Part shown: one piece after another, positions 47,919-57,768 of the stretch
How the letters are laid out: each line of letters opens with the position of its first letter
How positions within the stretch are numbered: the first letter of the stretch is position 1
NCBI GenBank assembly: GCA_002344825.1
Contig: DDUN01000003.1
Span: 1,775 to 65,774 of the forward strand
Direction of reading: 5' to 3'
DNA from: Candidatus Multiplicimicrobium inquinatum
Lineage (GTDB): Bacteria > Omnitrophota > Omnitrophia > Omnitrophales > Aquincolibacteriaceae
Length of the DNA stretch: 64,000 nucleotides
Made by a program: the position numbers and the translations under genes
The notes under the pieces: generated by a model
Told to the model about the DNA's origin: nothing
Databases searched by the model: none
What the model saw: the letters and a program-made list of their open reading frames with translations, nothing else

Positions 47919-48527
47919 ATGTTTAAAAAAAGTTTGATTTGGATGCTCTTTGCTTTTGTATTTATGACGCCCGGATGGTGCGCTGAGACAGACCTGACCG
48001 CGCCGCCCTCAGCGTCTACGAACAGTCCAACGGCTCAAAGGATGTTGCGTAGCGGAGATGTATTAAATATCACCGTTTGGCAGCATAAAGACTTGACCAC
48101 GACGGTAATTGTGGATGAAGAAAGCAATGTAGAGTACTTATTTCTGGGAGTTATTTCAGTTAAAAATAAAACCGTGCATGACCTAAAGGAGATTCTTCGC
48201 AAGGGGATCTCGGAGAATTACATTGTTGATCCTAAGATTGATATTACGGTTGATCGCAAGTCGCTTACTTTTTTTATTGCGGGCGAAATTGCAAAGCCCG
48301 GAACCTATGAGTTTCGTCCTGGAATCACAGTGTTAGAGGCGGTTGCTATGGCGGGTGGATTTACGGACTATGCTTCACGCAAGGTGAAAATTGTGCGCAG
48401 GGGTGATGATGGCGCTGAGAGAGAAATCAAAATTAACACCAAGAAGCTGCTCCGCGCGACAGATCAGCGTGAAGACTCTAGAATTTATGTAGATGATATT
48501 CTTGTTGCCGACCGAGCGTGGCTATAA
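47919..48527 (+). CDS. wza: Polysaccharide export protein, Wza/Poly_export family (short form)
   Basis: Signal peptide; Poly_export motif SGDVLNITVWQHKDL; SLBB-like FIAGEIAKPGTYEF…TVLEAVAMAGGFTDYA. Confidence 0.8.
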   Translation: MFKKSLIWMLFAFVFMTPGWCAETDLTAPPSASTNSPTAQRMLRSGDVLNITVWQHKDLTTTVIVDEESNVEYLFLGVISVKNKTVHDLKEILRKGISENYIVDPKIDITVDRKSLTFFIAGEIAKPGTYEFRPGITVLEAVAMAGGFTDYASRKVKIVRRGDDGAEREIKINTKKLLRATDQREDSRIYVDDILVADRAWL

Positions 48528-48549
48528 TTTTTTTAAAAGCATTGTCTGA

Positions 48550-50511
48550 TTGATGAATAAACTAATTTTGAAACATCTTAAGATTTGGGTTTTTCCTCTT
48601 TTTTTTATTACAGCGATCCTTGTGACTTTTGTTCTGTGGGGAGAGAAAAAAATGCGGGCGCCGGCTGGTTTTCACGACATCCGGTTTTTAGAGCAGACTT
48701 TTTCATCCGCTCAAAAAATGGGGGATTTATTTTTTTTATCCAACTATTTTATTCATCGAACCGCGGAGATTTTGGCGCTTTCCAACCGTGATCCGGAAGC
48801 TTTGCTTCTTTATGAGTATATTAACCATGTTTTGAGAACGTCCGATCCTGCGCGGGATATTTCTGATTTGAAGTATGCCGTGGCGGTTTACAAGAAGCAG
48901 CTCCTCATTTCAACTTCACCGTATCTCAAAATCTACATTTCAATTTCTGAGCAGCTTAATTTATTCAAGTCTTTTAACTTGGGGAGAGAACTTCTAACCG
49001 GCTCGGACTTGAGAGTGGAGTTATTAAGAGAGTTGAAAAATGAAGGTCTAATTGAGGAGAGTATGACTCGCCAGCAAAAACTTTTATCGCGGACGGAGTT
49101 TTTTAAGGTTCGATCACTGGTTATGATGAATCTTGCTTTTATGGCCTATGAAGTCAATCCGGCCGAAGCAGCTAAGTGGATTGAACAGGCTAAAAAATCG
49201 GATCCGCCTACGAGTGTTCAATTTGCGCTGACTTACTTAGAGGGAAGAATTCAAAAGAAAAAGAGCGTTTCTTCTCAGTCAGATTTTAAAAATGAGTTTG
49301 AAGAGCGATTGCTTAAGTCACTAAGACTCGGACTTTTTAACGCGGTAAAAGAAGAATTAAAAAATGAACAAGGGCAAGCTTTCGGGTCTGCCCGTGTCCG
49401 GGAGACTGAAAGCTGGCTGGATATGGATTGGAAATCCGCGGAAAAAGAAAAGCCGCCCTTTTTTTCTGTTTATTTCAAAACCTTGCATGAATTTGGTGAT
49501 AATCCGGTTGAAGCGGCGGATAAGCTGGCGGCTATGGCGGCGGATCGGGATTGGTCTCTTTATAGTTCTTTTTTACGGTATCAGGCTTGGGGAGTGGCCT
49601 TTTTTGACGCGAAAGATTTTAGCCGCGCGGTATTGTTTAAAGATTTTTTAAAAACGTATGACCCTTTTAGCTTGTTCAGCCAGCTGGAGTCCATGGGCGG
49701 AACTTTTAAATTTGCGTTCAAAGAGTTTAAAGGGGAAGAATTGGCCCGGGTGTGGGAGCATATGCCGCAACTATTTGATAAACAGCGCAGTGAGGAATGG
49801 GAGGGCTTTAAAAGCCGCAAAAAGCGTGTTGCCCAGACGATTGTTTATGAGGGGCAAGTTTATGTGGTGAATTACGATGTTTCGGGATTGGCTCAAAAAG
49901 TGCTTTTGGTGGGCATGAACCAAGTGGCTTCTGAGAGGAAGCCGGTTGTTTCCGAAAAATTAGAATCGGAGAAACTCAGTCTTGTTGATAAGTTTTTTTA
50001 TGAATATATGATTCAGTTTATTCCGGAAGGAGTCAATGCGTTCAAAGATCAAATTGCAAAATTATCGGAGCGCCTAAAAGAGCCTGTTTTTACGCGTTTT
50101 TATACCGAGTTTGAGTTTCAAGAGTACATTGTTAGACATATGGAAAAGAGGTTGGGTGGGGTTGCCAAGGGGATTCAGGCCAAGATAGATGAGCAGGGGT
50201 TCGCGCTTTACGCGATTTTCGACTTAAAGCTTTTAACAGCACCTGTGTCCGGCGTTGGAAAGTTAATTACGGAAGATGAGAGCGGGCGATTGATCTTGAA
50301 GTTAGATCATGTTAAAGTCAACGGTATTTATTTGCCCGACTGGATATTGCGGCGAGTGGAAAAAAACTTTAGTTTGACTGCAAATTTGGATTATACAAAT
50401 AGCGCAAGCGGGATTGAGATTTTAAATATGGAATATCAGCCTGGCGGCGTTCAAATTAAGTGTCGCAAGTCCTCAATTAACCTTTATGGAAATGCTGCCA
50501 TGGCAGCTTAA
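48550..50511 (+). CDS. Hypothetical protein of 653 aa with one N-terminal TM helix; unknown function
   Basis: N-terminal TM segment (IWVFPLFFITAILVTFVLW), then a large, mostly helical soluble domain. No recognisable catalytic motif. It occupies the position between wza and wzc. Confidence 0.4.
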   Translation: MMNKLILKHLKIWVFPLFFITAILVTFVLWGEKKMRAPAGFHDIRFLEQTFSSAQKMGDLFFLSNYFIHRTAEILALSNRDPEALLLYEYINHVLRTSDPARDISDLKYAVAVYKKQLLISTSPYLKIYISISEQLNLFKSFNLGRELLTGSDLRVELLRELKNEGLIEESMTRQQKLLSRTEFFKVRSLVMMNLAFMAYEVNPAEAAKWIEQAKKSDPPTSVQFALTYLEGRIQKKKSVSSQSDFKNEFEERLLKSLRLGLFNAVKEELKNEQGQAFGSARVRETESWLDMDWKSAEKEKPPFFSVYFKTLHEFGDNPVEAADKLAAMAADRDWSLYSSFLRYQAWGVAFFDAKDFSRAVLFKDFLKTYDPFSLFSQLESMGGTFKFAFKEFKGEELARVWEHMPQLFDKQRSEEWEGFKSRKKRVAQTIVYEGQVYVVNYDVSGLAQKVLLVGMNQVASERKPVVSEKLESEKLSLVDKFFYEYMIQFIPEGVNAFKDQIAKLSERLKEPVFTRFYTEFEFQEYIVRHMEKRLGGVAKGIQAKIDEQGFALYAIFDLKLLTAPVSGVGKLITEDESGRLILKLDHVKVNGIYLPDWILRRVEKNFSLTANLDYTNSASGIEILNMEYQPGGVQIKCRKSSINLYGNAAMAA

Positions 50512-50514
50512 AAG

Positions 50515-52560
50515 ATGGTAGCTCAAAGTGAAGAAAATCTGGTAGATCCCCAGCTTGAGGGGGATGATTTAGGGCCGGTTTGGAAGAGGTTTAAAAAACT
50601 TCTTTTACGCTTCTATCCTTTTGTCTTGATTTATGTTTTTTTTGTTGTGGTTGTGACCGTTGTTTGGGCCGAATTTCAAACCCCTCTTTATCAGTCTACC
50701 GCGACAATTCTCGTTGATCCGACCCGCGTAACCAATAACGCTGAAAAGCAAAGTTTAGAAAACTTGGCTTTACAGGCCACCTTAATATCAAGTCCGGGCA
50801 TTTTGAATAAAGTCATCGAAAATTACAACCTTGCCTCAATTTTTCCGTTTAATAAGTCGGCTAGTCCGATGGCTTTGTTGCAAAGCCAAATGACGGTAAA
50901 ACCCAACATCAAGAGCAAAACCTTGGATGTGAATTACCTTTTTTTAAGCAGTGAAGAATCCGCCAAAATTGCGAATGCTATCGCGGAAACGTATGTTTTT
51001 TCAAGTGAAGAAAAGAGCCAAGGGACAACGCAAGATTCTTTAGCTTCTCTGCAGTTGAATTTGCTTCAGGAGATGGAAAAACAGGAGAAGGTAAAAAACA
51101 AAATCGAAGATTTCAGAAAAAAGTATCCTGAAATCGAAGATGAGATAACCGTGAACAAACAGATTGATTACTTTAACGCGGAGTTGACTAAATCGGATGC
51201 GGCCACAATTGAGCTGCGCACTAAGATTCTCGAAATTGAGCAATATAGTAAAGATACGGGAAATATTTTTGATCACCCCTATATTACGGAAAATGAGATC
51301 GTTAAAAGACAGTTGGAACGGATTAGAATCGCTGAAGGGACGTTGGAAGAATTAAAGCATCAGTTTCGAGATATGCATCCGGATGTGGTTGCCGCGCAGG
51401 CACGCGTCGACAGCTTGAAGAAATCAATGGAGCTGGACCAGGAGAGAATATTTGGACAGCTGAAACTTGAATTGAAAACTTTGGAATCAACTCGCGACAG
51501 ATTGAAGGAGCAGTTGGACGCTTTACGGAGAAAGGTGAAAGAGCTTGCCCCTCAAAAAATTCAATTGAGCAACCTTGATTCAGAGGAGAAATCGATTTCA
51601 AACACGATCCGTTTGATTCAGGAGCGGATGGCAATGGCGTCGGTTGAGGGCGGACTGAAGCGTCCCGGTGTTGAAATTTTGAATTATGCGAAGCCTAGCG
51701 TTGCCCCCGCGTGGCCCAATAAGCCCAAACTGCTTGTTGCCGCAATGGCGATTGGCTTTATTTCAAGTCTAGGGCTGATTTTTCTTTATTGCTACTTTGA
51801 TCGATCAATGCGGACGCATGATGATGTTGAAAATGTGGCCGGAAAGCTTTTTCTCGGAGATCTCACTTATGCGAAGGTGAAGCCAGGCGAGCTTTATCCC
51901 GAGTTTCCGAATGACAAATCATTTATCTTATTTACGCATGGCTTGCGCTTGATTGCCACCAATATTGAATTTGTGCTTTCAGACCGGCATGAAAAGTCAG
52001 TGCTTTTTACCAGCGCGATTCCGGGCGAAGGAAAAAGCTTTGTCGCTTTTCATGTGGCTCAGTCGATGGCCCGCCAGGGGAAAAAAGTTATTCTGATCGA
52101 TGCTGATTTTTGCCAATCATCTCTTCGTGACAAAGTTCCCAAAACCGAGTGTGAAAAGCATTTGTATGAATATCTTTCCGGCACCGCGGAAATGGCGGAG
52201 ATTATTGAGAAGACAGACAATGAATTGATTGATTTTATTCGGTCGGGTGGGCGGTCTTCTTTTAGCGCGCCGCATGCTTTGAAGTCAAACCGAATGCGTG
52301 ATCTGCTGGTGGAGCTGAAGCATGTGTATGATTATGTTTTGATCGATACTCCTCCTGTCTTGCCAGTGAATGATACAATGGCAGTAAGTCAACATGTGGA
52401 TATGCGTGTGATTGTGGTGCGGTGGGCAAGCACGAACCGTGATTTGGTGAAAAAGGCTGTAATGAAAATTGCTCCCGGACAGCTTCTGCTTTCCGGAATT
52501 GTTCTCAACCAGGTAAAAGAGATGGCGGATAAAGGTTATCACGTTTATCGGCCTAATTAA
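50515..52560 (+). CDS. wzc: Polysaccharide co-polymerase / tyrosine-kinase-like protein (Wzc/PCP-2a family)
   Basis: Wzz-type N-terminus with TM and long coiled-coil periplasmic region. C-terminal P-loop SAIPGEGKSF (Walker A), VILIDADF (A') and VLIDTPPVLPVNDT (Walker B). Confidence 0.75.
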   Translation: MVAQSEENLVDPQLEGDDLGPVWKRFKKLLLRFYPFVLIYVFFVVVVTVVWAEFQTPLYQSTATILVDPTRVTNNAEKQSLENLALQATLISSPGILNKVIENYNLASIFPFNKSASPMALLQSQMTVKPNIKSKTLDVNYLFLSSEESAKIANAIAETYVFSSEEKSQGTTQDSLASLQLNLLQEMEKQEKVKNKIEDFRKKYPEIEDEITVNKQIDYFNAELTKSDAATIELRTKILEIEQYSKDTGNIFDHPYITENEIVKRQLERIRIAEGTLEELKHQFRDMHPDVVAAQARVDSLKKSMELDQERIFGQLKLELKTLESTRDRLKEQLDALRRKVKELAPQKIQLSNLDSEEKSISNTIRLIQERMAMASVEGGLKRPGVEILNYAKPSVAPAWPNKPKLLVAAMAIGFISSLGLIFLYCYFDRSMRTHDDVENVAGKLFLGDLTYAKVKPGELYPEFPNDKSFILFTHGLRLIATNIEFVLSDRHEKSVLFTSAIPGEGKSFVAFHVAQSMARQGKKVILIDADFCQSSLRDKVPKTECEKHLYEYLSGTAEMAEIIEKTDNELIDFIRSGGRSSFSAPHALKSNRMRDLLVELKHVYDYVLIDTPPVLPVNDTMAVSQHVDMRVIVVRWASTNRDLVKKAVMKIAPGQLLLSGIVLNQVKEMADKGYHVYRPN

Positions 52561-52610
52561 TCAAACTTGCTTACCTTGATCTTTGTTTTTGCAAAAAAGA
52601 GCCGTATTGA

Positions 52611-53945
52611 ATGAAGGGTATTTCAAGACGAAGTTTGTTTTTGCTGGTTTCCGACTCTATTTTTTTGTTTGTTTGTTTTCATTTGGCGGCTTATTGGTCT
52701 TATGGAACTTCTCTTAATTTGATTGTCGCGCGCGAAAATCTCTTTTTTATTTTCTTTGTTTACCTGCTTTGTTTTTATATTTTTGATCTTTATTTTCCGT
52801 TCAAACTGTATAAGCCTGCCCAAACTTTGATTGATGTCGGTTTGGCTTGCGCATGCGCCGCAATTTTTATTTCAGCCGCTTGGTTTTTGAATCGCAGCGG
52901 AGTTGTTTCGCGCCCCTGGTTTTTGATTTTTAATTTGCTCGCGATTCCGAGCGCGGTCATTGTGCGTCTGGTTTACGATGTTTTCTTTCAATCGCGGATT
53001 GCGGATAAAAAAACACTGGTTCTGGGCACAGATATTATGGCGCAGTCAATTGTACGTGTGATTCGTGAGACCCCGCATTCAGGAATTAACTTAGTCGGAG
53101 TTGTTTCGGAAGAGAAAACATTTGAAAAAGATTTGGAGGGAATCCCGGTTCTTGGCTCCGCATCTCAGCTTCTTTCTCTGATTGACTGGCATCATATTCA
53201 GCTGGTTGTTTTAGCCGTAAATGCGCAGTCCCGCATGTCCGAGCCTGATCTCATGATGGCGCTGATGCGGCAAAATGTTCAGGTGACCAGTGCGGTGCAT
53301 TTATTTGAAAAAATGGATGAGGCCATTCCTTTTGATGCCGTGAACGAGCATTTTATTTTATCTTTGATGTCTGAGGCCCGCGGTTTGCGCTACCTGCATA
53401 CCAAAAGAATTTTGGATTTAGTGATTGTGAGCGTTCTTTTACTTTTATTTTCTCCCGTGATGCTGCTGGCGTGGCTATTCCTTTTTTTTCAGGGACCAAA
53501 GAATATTTTCTTTTTTCAGGATCGAATCGGCGTGGGCGGAAGAAAATTTCGATTAATTAAATTTAGAACTATGACTAAGCCGGATGCTTCCGGACGTCAA
53601 AAGGTTACGGGGGTAGGACGGTTATTAAGAAAGTTTAGGGTGGATGAAACTCCCCAGCTTATCAATGTTCTCAAAGGCGATATGAGTTTAATCGGGCCGC
53701 GTCCTGAAATAGAGTACTTTGTTGAACGGTGTCGGAAAAGCATTCCTTATTATGATGCGGTTTTTACCGTGCGTCCGGGAATTACAGGATGGGCGCAGGT
53801 TAAGTTTCTGCATACAACTGAAATGAAGGATTATCCGCGCAAGTTTTGCTATAACCTGTTTTACTTAAAAAACCTGTCTTTTTCTCTCGATTTTTTGATT
53901 GTTCTTAAAACGATCAGGGTTGTTCTTTTGGGGCGCGGCAAGTAA
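52611..53945 (+). CDS. wbaP: Undecaprenyl-phosphate sugar-1-phosphate transferase (WbaP/bacterial sugar transferase family), the initiating enzyme
   Basis: Four N-terminal TMs and a C-terminal Bac_transf domain (KRILDLVIVSVLLLLFSPVMLLAW…DMSLIGPRPEIEYF…RPGITGWAQV). Confidence 0.85.
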   Translation: MKGISRRSLFLLVSDSIFLFVCFHLAAYWSYGTSLNLIVARENLFFIFFVYLLCFYIFDLYFPFKLYKPAQTLIDVGLACACAAIFISAAWFLNRSGVVSRPWFLIFNLLAIPSAVIVRLVYDVFFQSRIADKKTLVLGTDIMAQSIVRVIRETPHSGINLVGVVSEEKTFEKDLEGIPVLGSASQLLSLIDWHHIQLVVLAVNAQSRMSEPDLMMALMRQNVQVTSAVHLFEKMDEAIPFDAVNEHFILSLMSEARGLRYLHTKRILDLVIVSVLLLLFSPVMLLAWLFLFFQGPKNIFFFQDRIGVGGRKFRLIKFRTMTKPDASGRQKVTGVGRLLRKFRVDETPQLINVLKGDMSLIGPRPEIEYFVERCRKSIPYYDAVFTVRPGITGWAQVKFLHTTEMKDYPRKFCYNLFYLKNLSFSLDFLIVLKTIRVVLLGRGK

Positions 53946-53960
53946 CGTCGCAGAGGCGCG

Positions 53961-54626
53961 TTAGTCGACCGATTGGTAAGTTTCGCGGGCTTTCACCTGA
54001 ATAATTTTTTTTTCCGGAAAAATGACTGCCGACAATTCTTTTCCATAAACGCAGCCACTGTCGAGACCGATGGAGTTTTCTTTAATACAAAGGCCTTGTC
54101 TGGCCCAATGTCCGTAAATAGCGGGCTTTTTACCTGAGTATTTTTCATACCAGGGCGTTCCATCCTCAAGGTTACGCAAATTACAAATTATTTCCGCTGT
54201 TTGTTTTTCGAGAGAGATATCAGGTTGAATTCCGCCGTGCACCACCAGGCATTCTGGCAAATCTAAGTACAGCGGCCAGGTACTGACCCACTTCATAGAG
54301 GATTCAAATGCATCGCCAAATTCTTTCAGGGCACGTTTCTGATAGTCTTTGGATAGGCTCTTAAGGTCGCCTGCTTTCCAAGCTTTTAAAAAATGGAGTT
54401 CATGGTTGCCAAGGACACATTTCAAATTGGGCAGTGATCGGGCAAATTCAATTGTTTTAAATGACTTTGGCCCTTTGCAAATTAAGTCGCCAACGGAAAT
54501 AAGCAAATCATCGGGGGAAGGATTGATTTTTTTAATTAAATCTTGCCATTCGTCGAGGCATCCGTGAATATCACCAAAAATAATTGTTTTGCTCATGAGG
54601 GGGCTTTCGAAATCGCTTTGTTTCAA
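53961..54626 (-). CDS. Calcineurin-like metallophosphoesterase (PPP/ApaH-like Ser/Thr phosphatase or diadenosine tetraphosphatase)
   Basis: Motifs GDIHGC, GDLICKGP, GNHE and VVHGG. Confidence 0.75.
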   Translation of the reverse strand: MKQSDFESPLMSKTIIFGDIHGCLDEWQDLIKKINPSPDDLLISVGDLICKGPKSFKTIEFARSLPNLKCVLGNHELHFLKAWKAGDLKSLSKDYQKRALKEFGDAFESSMKWVSTWPLYLDLPECLVVHGGIQPDISLEKQTAEIICNLRNLEDGTPWYEKYSGKKPAIYGHWARQGLCIKENSIGLDSGCVYGKELSAVIFPEKKIIQVKARETYQSVD

Positions 54627-54667
54627 TAGGGGTTCATTCTAAAATACATCTTCAATTTTTTCATTGA

Positions 54668-57010
54668 TTGATTTCTAATTATTTTAAGAGTACTCATACG
54701 ATTATGTTAACCGCGATAGGTTCTGTTTTTTTGCTGGCGGCTTTTGCCCCGCGGCTTTGCCGTGTCTTGGGTTCCTTTTCGGGATGGGTCTTTGCTCTCT
54801 TACCGCTGGGATTAACACTTTTCTTCTTTAACTCACTGTCTTCGGTTTGTGCCGGAGAGTTCCCGGCGCAATCTTTTGCCTGGGTTCAAGGGTTGGGTAT
54901 TCAGGTTGGGTTTCGTTTGGACGGTCTCAGCTTGCTTTTCTCTTTGCTCATTTGCGGAATCGGGACGCTGATTACGCTTTATGCTTCCGGCTATCTTAAA
55001 GGAAATGCGCAAATAGGCCGATTTTATCTTTTCTTTTTTATGTTCATGGCTTCCATGCTGGGCGTTGTGCTTTCCGATAATCTCATTCTGCTTTTTATTT
55101 TTTGGGAATTAACCAGTCTCAGCTCTTACTTTTTGATCGGCTTTTATCATCAAGATGAGCAAAGTCGGAAAAGCGCGCTTCAGGCTTTGCTTGTGACGGG
55201 AATGGGCGGGTTGGCGATGTTGGCGGGCTTTTTGATGCTGGGGCAAATGGGCGGAAACATGAGTCTTTCGGAATTGGTTGCAGGACGCGAAGGATTTCAA
55301 TCCCATCTCTTATTTGAATCAGCGCTGATTTTGATTTTGTGCGGCGCTTTTACCAAATCGGCGCAGTTTCCGTTTCACTTTTGGCTGCCGAACGCGATGG
55401 CCGCACCCGCGCCGGTAAGCGCTTACCTTCATTCGTCGACGATGGTCAAAGCCGGAGTTTATTTGATCGCGCGGTGTCACCCGATTTTTAGTCAGTCTTC
55501 ATTGTGGCTTGACTCACTAACTTGGTTCGGCGCGGCCACTGTTTTAACGGGGGCTTGGCTTGCTTTGCAGCAGTGTGATTTAAAGAAATATTTGGCCTAC
55601 ATGACGGTCAGCGCTTTGGGTGTGATGGTGATGCTGCTTGGTTCAGGAACGTCGTTTGGAATTCAAGCCGCCATGCTTTTTCTTTTGGCACATGCTCTTT
55701 ATAAAGGATGCCTTTTTATGGTGGCGGGAATCGTGGACCATGCGACGCATTGCCGCAATCCGGAGGAGCTGGGCGGACTCATGCGAAAAATGCCCTGGAC
55801 GGCTGCGTCGGCTTTCTTAGCCGCGCTTTCGATGGCCGGATTTTTTCCGTTTTTGGGTTTTATCGGCAAGGAATGGATGCTTGAAACGGTTCTGCATTCT
55901 GAAAATCGTGTACTGTTGATGCTTGGCGTGTTTGCCGGGGCTATTTACGCGGCGATTGCGATTTGGGCCGCGGTAAAACCCTTTGTGGGAAAACTTTCAT
56001 CCGCAGCAGCTCATGCGCACGAAGCACCGCCATCGATGCTTTTCGGAGCGGGCGTCTTGGCTTGTCTGGGATTAATTTTTGGTATTTTCCCAGGTCTTTG
56101 TAAGCCTTTGGTGAGTGCCGCCGCGAGCGCCGTTATGGCTGAAACTTCTTACCCGATGAAATTAGTTTTATGGCATGGGTTTAATTTTGTTTTTTTCTTA
56201 AGCCTTTCTGCGATTGGTTTGGGCGGAGTGGTTTATTTTAAGCGTGGGCTTGTTCAAAAAGCGATTGGCCAACTTGGTTTTTTAAAAATCTGGGGGCCGG
56301 AAAAAGGCTATTTTCAATTATTGGAAGGTTTGCTTTCTTTTTCGGCATTTCAAACCAAGCTATTGCAGGGCGGCCGTCTCCGAATTTATTTTCGAATCAT
56401 TGTTATCGCTACGGCTGCTTTAACAGGAGTCACTTTATTTTTGAAGAACGGATTTGTTTCAAGTGCGCTTCGTCCGGTACATGGCTTGGACGCATTGTGC
56501 GTGGGAATTATTTTCGTCGCCACATTCGCCGCCATTTTCGCGCGAACCCGGCTCATTGCGATTATGGCTATGGGGGTGATTGGGCTCGTGATCTCGCTGG
56601 TTTTTGTCCGGTTCGGCGCGCCTGACTTGGCAATGACCCAATTTGCCGTGGAAACTTTGACGGTGATTTTATTAGCTTTTGTTTTGTATCGTATGCCCGT
56701 TTTAAGCATGAAATCACCTCAAAGATCAAAGTGGATTGATGCGGTTATTTCATTAGCGGTCGGAGCGCTGATGGCTGCGCTTGCTTTTTTCGGAGCCGTT
56801 GCAACACCGGGATTACCCGAAGTTGCAAGGTATTACGCGGAGCATAGTTTGCTGTTGGCCCAGGGCAGCAATATTGTGAATGTCATTATCGTTGATTTTC
56901 GCGCATTGGATACTTTGGGTGAAATTACTGTGGTGGCAGTGGCGGGGATCGGTGTTTTTTCTTTGCTGAAACTTATTTTGGTTTCCAAAAAAGAAGAGGC
57001 GCAGTCATGA
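54668..57010 (+). CDS. mrpA: Na+/H+ antiporter subunit A (MrpA/MnhA), NuoL-like
   Basis: 780 aa polytopic protein; it heads the conserved ABCDEFG gene order with overlapping stops and starts. Confidence 0.85.
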   Translation: MISNYFKSTHTIMLTAIGSVFLLAAFAPRLCRVLGSFSGWVFALLPLGLTLFFFNSLSSVCAGEFPAQSFAWVQGLGIQVGFRLDGLSLLFSLLICGIGTLITLYASGYLKGNAQIGRFYLFFFMFMASMLGVVLSDNLILLFIFWELTSLSSYFLIGFYHQDEQSRKSALQALLVTGMGGLAMLAGFLMLGQMGGNMSLSELVAGREGFQSHLLFESALILILCGAFTKSAQFPFHFWLPNAMAAPAPVSAYLHSSTMVKAGVYLIARCHPIFSQSSLWLDSLTWFGAATVLTGAWLALQQCDLKKYLAYMTVSALGVMVMLLGSGTSFGIQAAMLFLLAHALYKGCLFMVAGIVDHATHCRNPEELGGLMRKMPWTAASAFLAALSMAGFFPFLGFIGKEWMLETVLHSENRVLLMLGVFAGAIYAAIAIWAAVKPFVGKLSSAAAHAHEAPPSMLFGAGVLACLGLIFGIFPGLCKPLVSAAASAVMAETSYPMKLVLWHGFNFVFFLSLSAIGLGGVVYFKRGLVQKAIGQLGFLKIWGPEKGYFQLLEGLLSFSAFQTKLLQGGRLRIYFRIIVIATAALTGVTLFLKNGFVSSALRPVHGLDALCVGIIFVATFAAIFARTRLIAIMAMGVIGLVISLVFVRFGAPDLAMTQFAVETLTVILLAFVLYRMPVLSMKSPQRSKWIDAVISLAVGALMAALAFFGAVATPGLPEVARYYAEHSLLLAQGSNIVNVIIVDFRALDTLGEITVVAVAGIGVFSLLKLILVSKKEEAQS

Positions 57011-57420
57011 ATTCAGTTATTTTGAGAGTTGCTGCGCAAATTTTAAAACCAGTCTTTCTCATTTTTTCCGTTTTTCTTTTACTGCGCGGGCATAATGCCC
57101 CCGGCGGGGGCTTTGTCGGCGGCTTGGTTGCTGCTTCCGCTTTTGTATTACAAATGATTGCTTTTGATTCGGCGGAAGCCCGCCGGCATCTGCGTTTTGA
57201 ACCGCACGCTTTTTTAGGCCTAGGTCTTTTGTGCGCCTTATCCAGCGGGATTTGGGCTTTTTTCCAAGCGAAACCTTTTTTGACGGGATTGTGGATCAAG
57301 TTGCAAATCCCCGTTTTCGGTCTTCTCAAGTTGGGAACTCCCGCGTTATTTGATTTGGGCGTTTATTTTGTTGTTTTAGGCGGAGTCATGTTCATTTTTT
57401 TACCTTTAAAGGATGAGTAA
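57007..57420 (+). CDS. mrpB: Na+/H+ antiporter subunit B (MrpB/MnhB)
   Basis: 137 aa membrane protein at the expected position in the operon. Confidence 0.75.
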   Translation: MNSVILRVAAQILKPVFLIFSVFLLLRGHNAPGGGFVGGLVAASAFVLQMIAFDSAEARRHLRFEPHAFLGLGLLCALSSGIWAFFQAKPFLTGLWIKLQIPVFGLLKLGTPALFDLGVYFVVLGGVMFIFLPLKDE

Positions 57421-57768
57421 ATGGAATTGATGTTTGCTCTTACGGTGGGCTTGCTTTATGCGGCCGGTTTTTTTCTGGTGATGCGGCATAGTTTGATGAA
57501 GCTTGTTTTGGGCCTTATCTTTTTAAGCCATGGCGCTAATCTTCTTATTTTTTCTGCCGGAGGGTTGGAGTCGCGCGGTTTGCCGATTATCGCGGAGGGA
57601 TCTAAGATTCCGCAATATCCGATGCCTGATCCTTTGCCGCAGGCTTTAATTTTGACCGCGATCGTGATTAGTTTCGGGATTTTAGCGTTTGCTCTGGTGT
57701 TAGTTTATCGTTCATTTCGTTTGACCGGCTCGGATGATTCCGACCAATTGGACTCGACGGAAAAATGA
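57421..57768 (+). CDS. mrpC: Na+/H+ antiporter subunit C (MrpC/MnhC), NuoK-like
   Basis: 115 aa with three TMs, at the expected position in the operon. Confidence 0.8.
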   Translation: MELMFALTVGLLYAAGFFLVMRHSLMKLVLGLIFLSHGANLLIFSAGGLESRGLPIIAEGSKIPQYPMPDPLPQALILTAIVISFGILAFALVLVYRSFRLTGSDDSDQLDSTEK

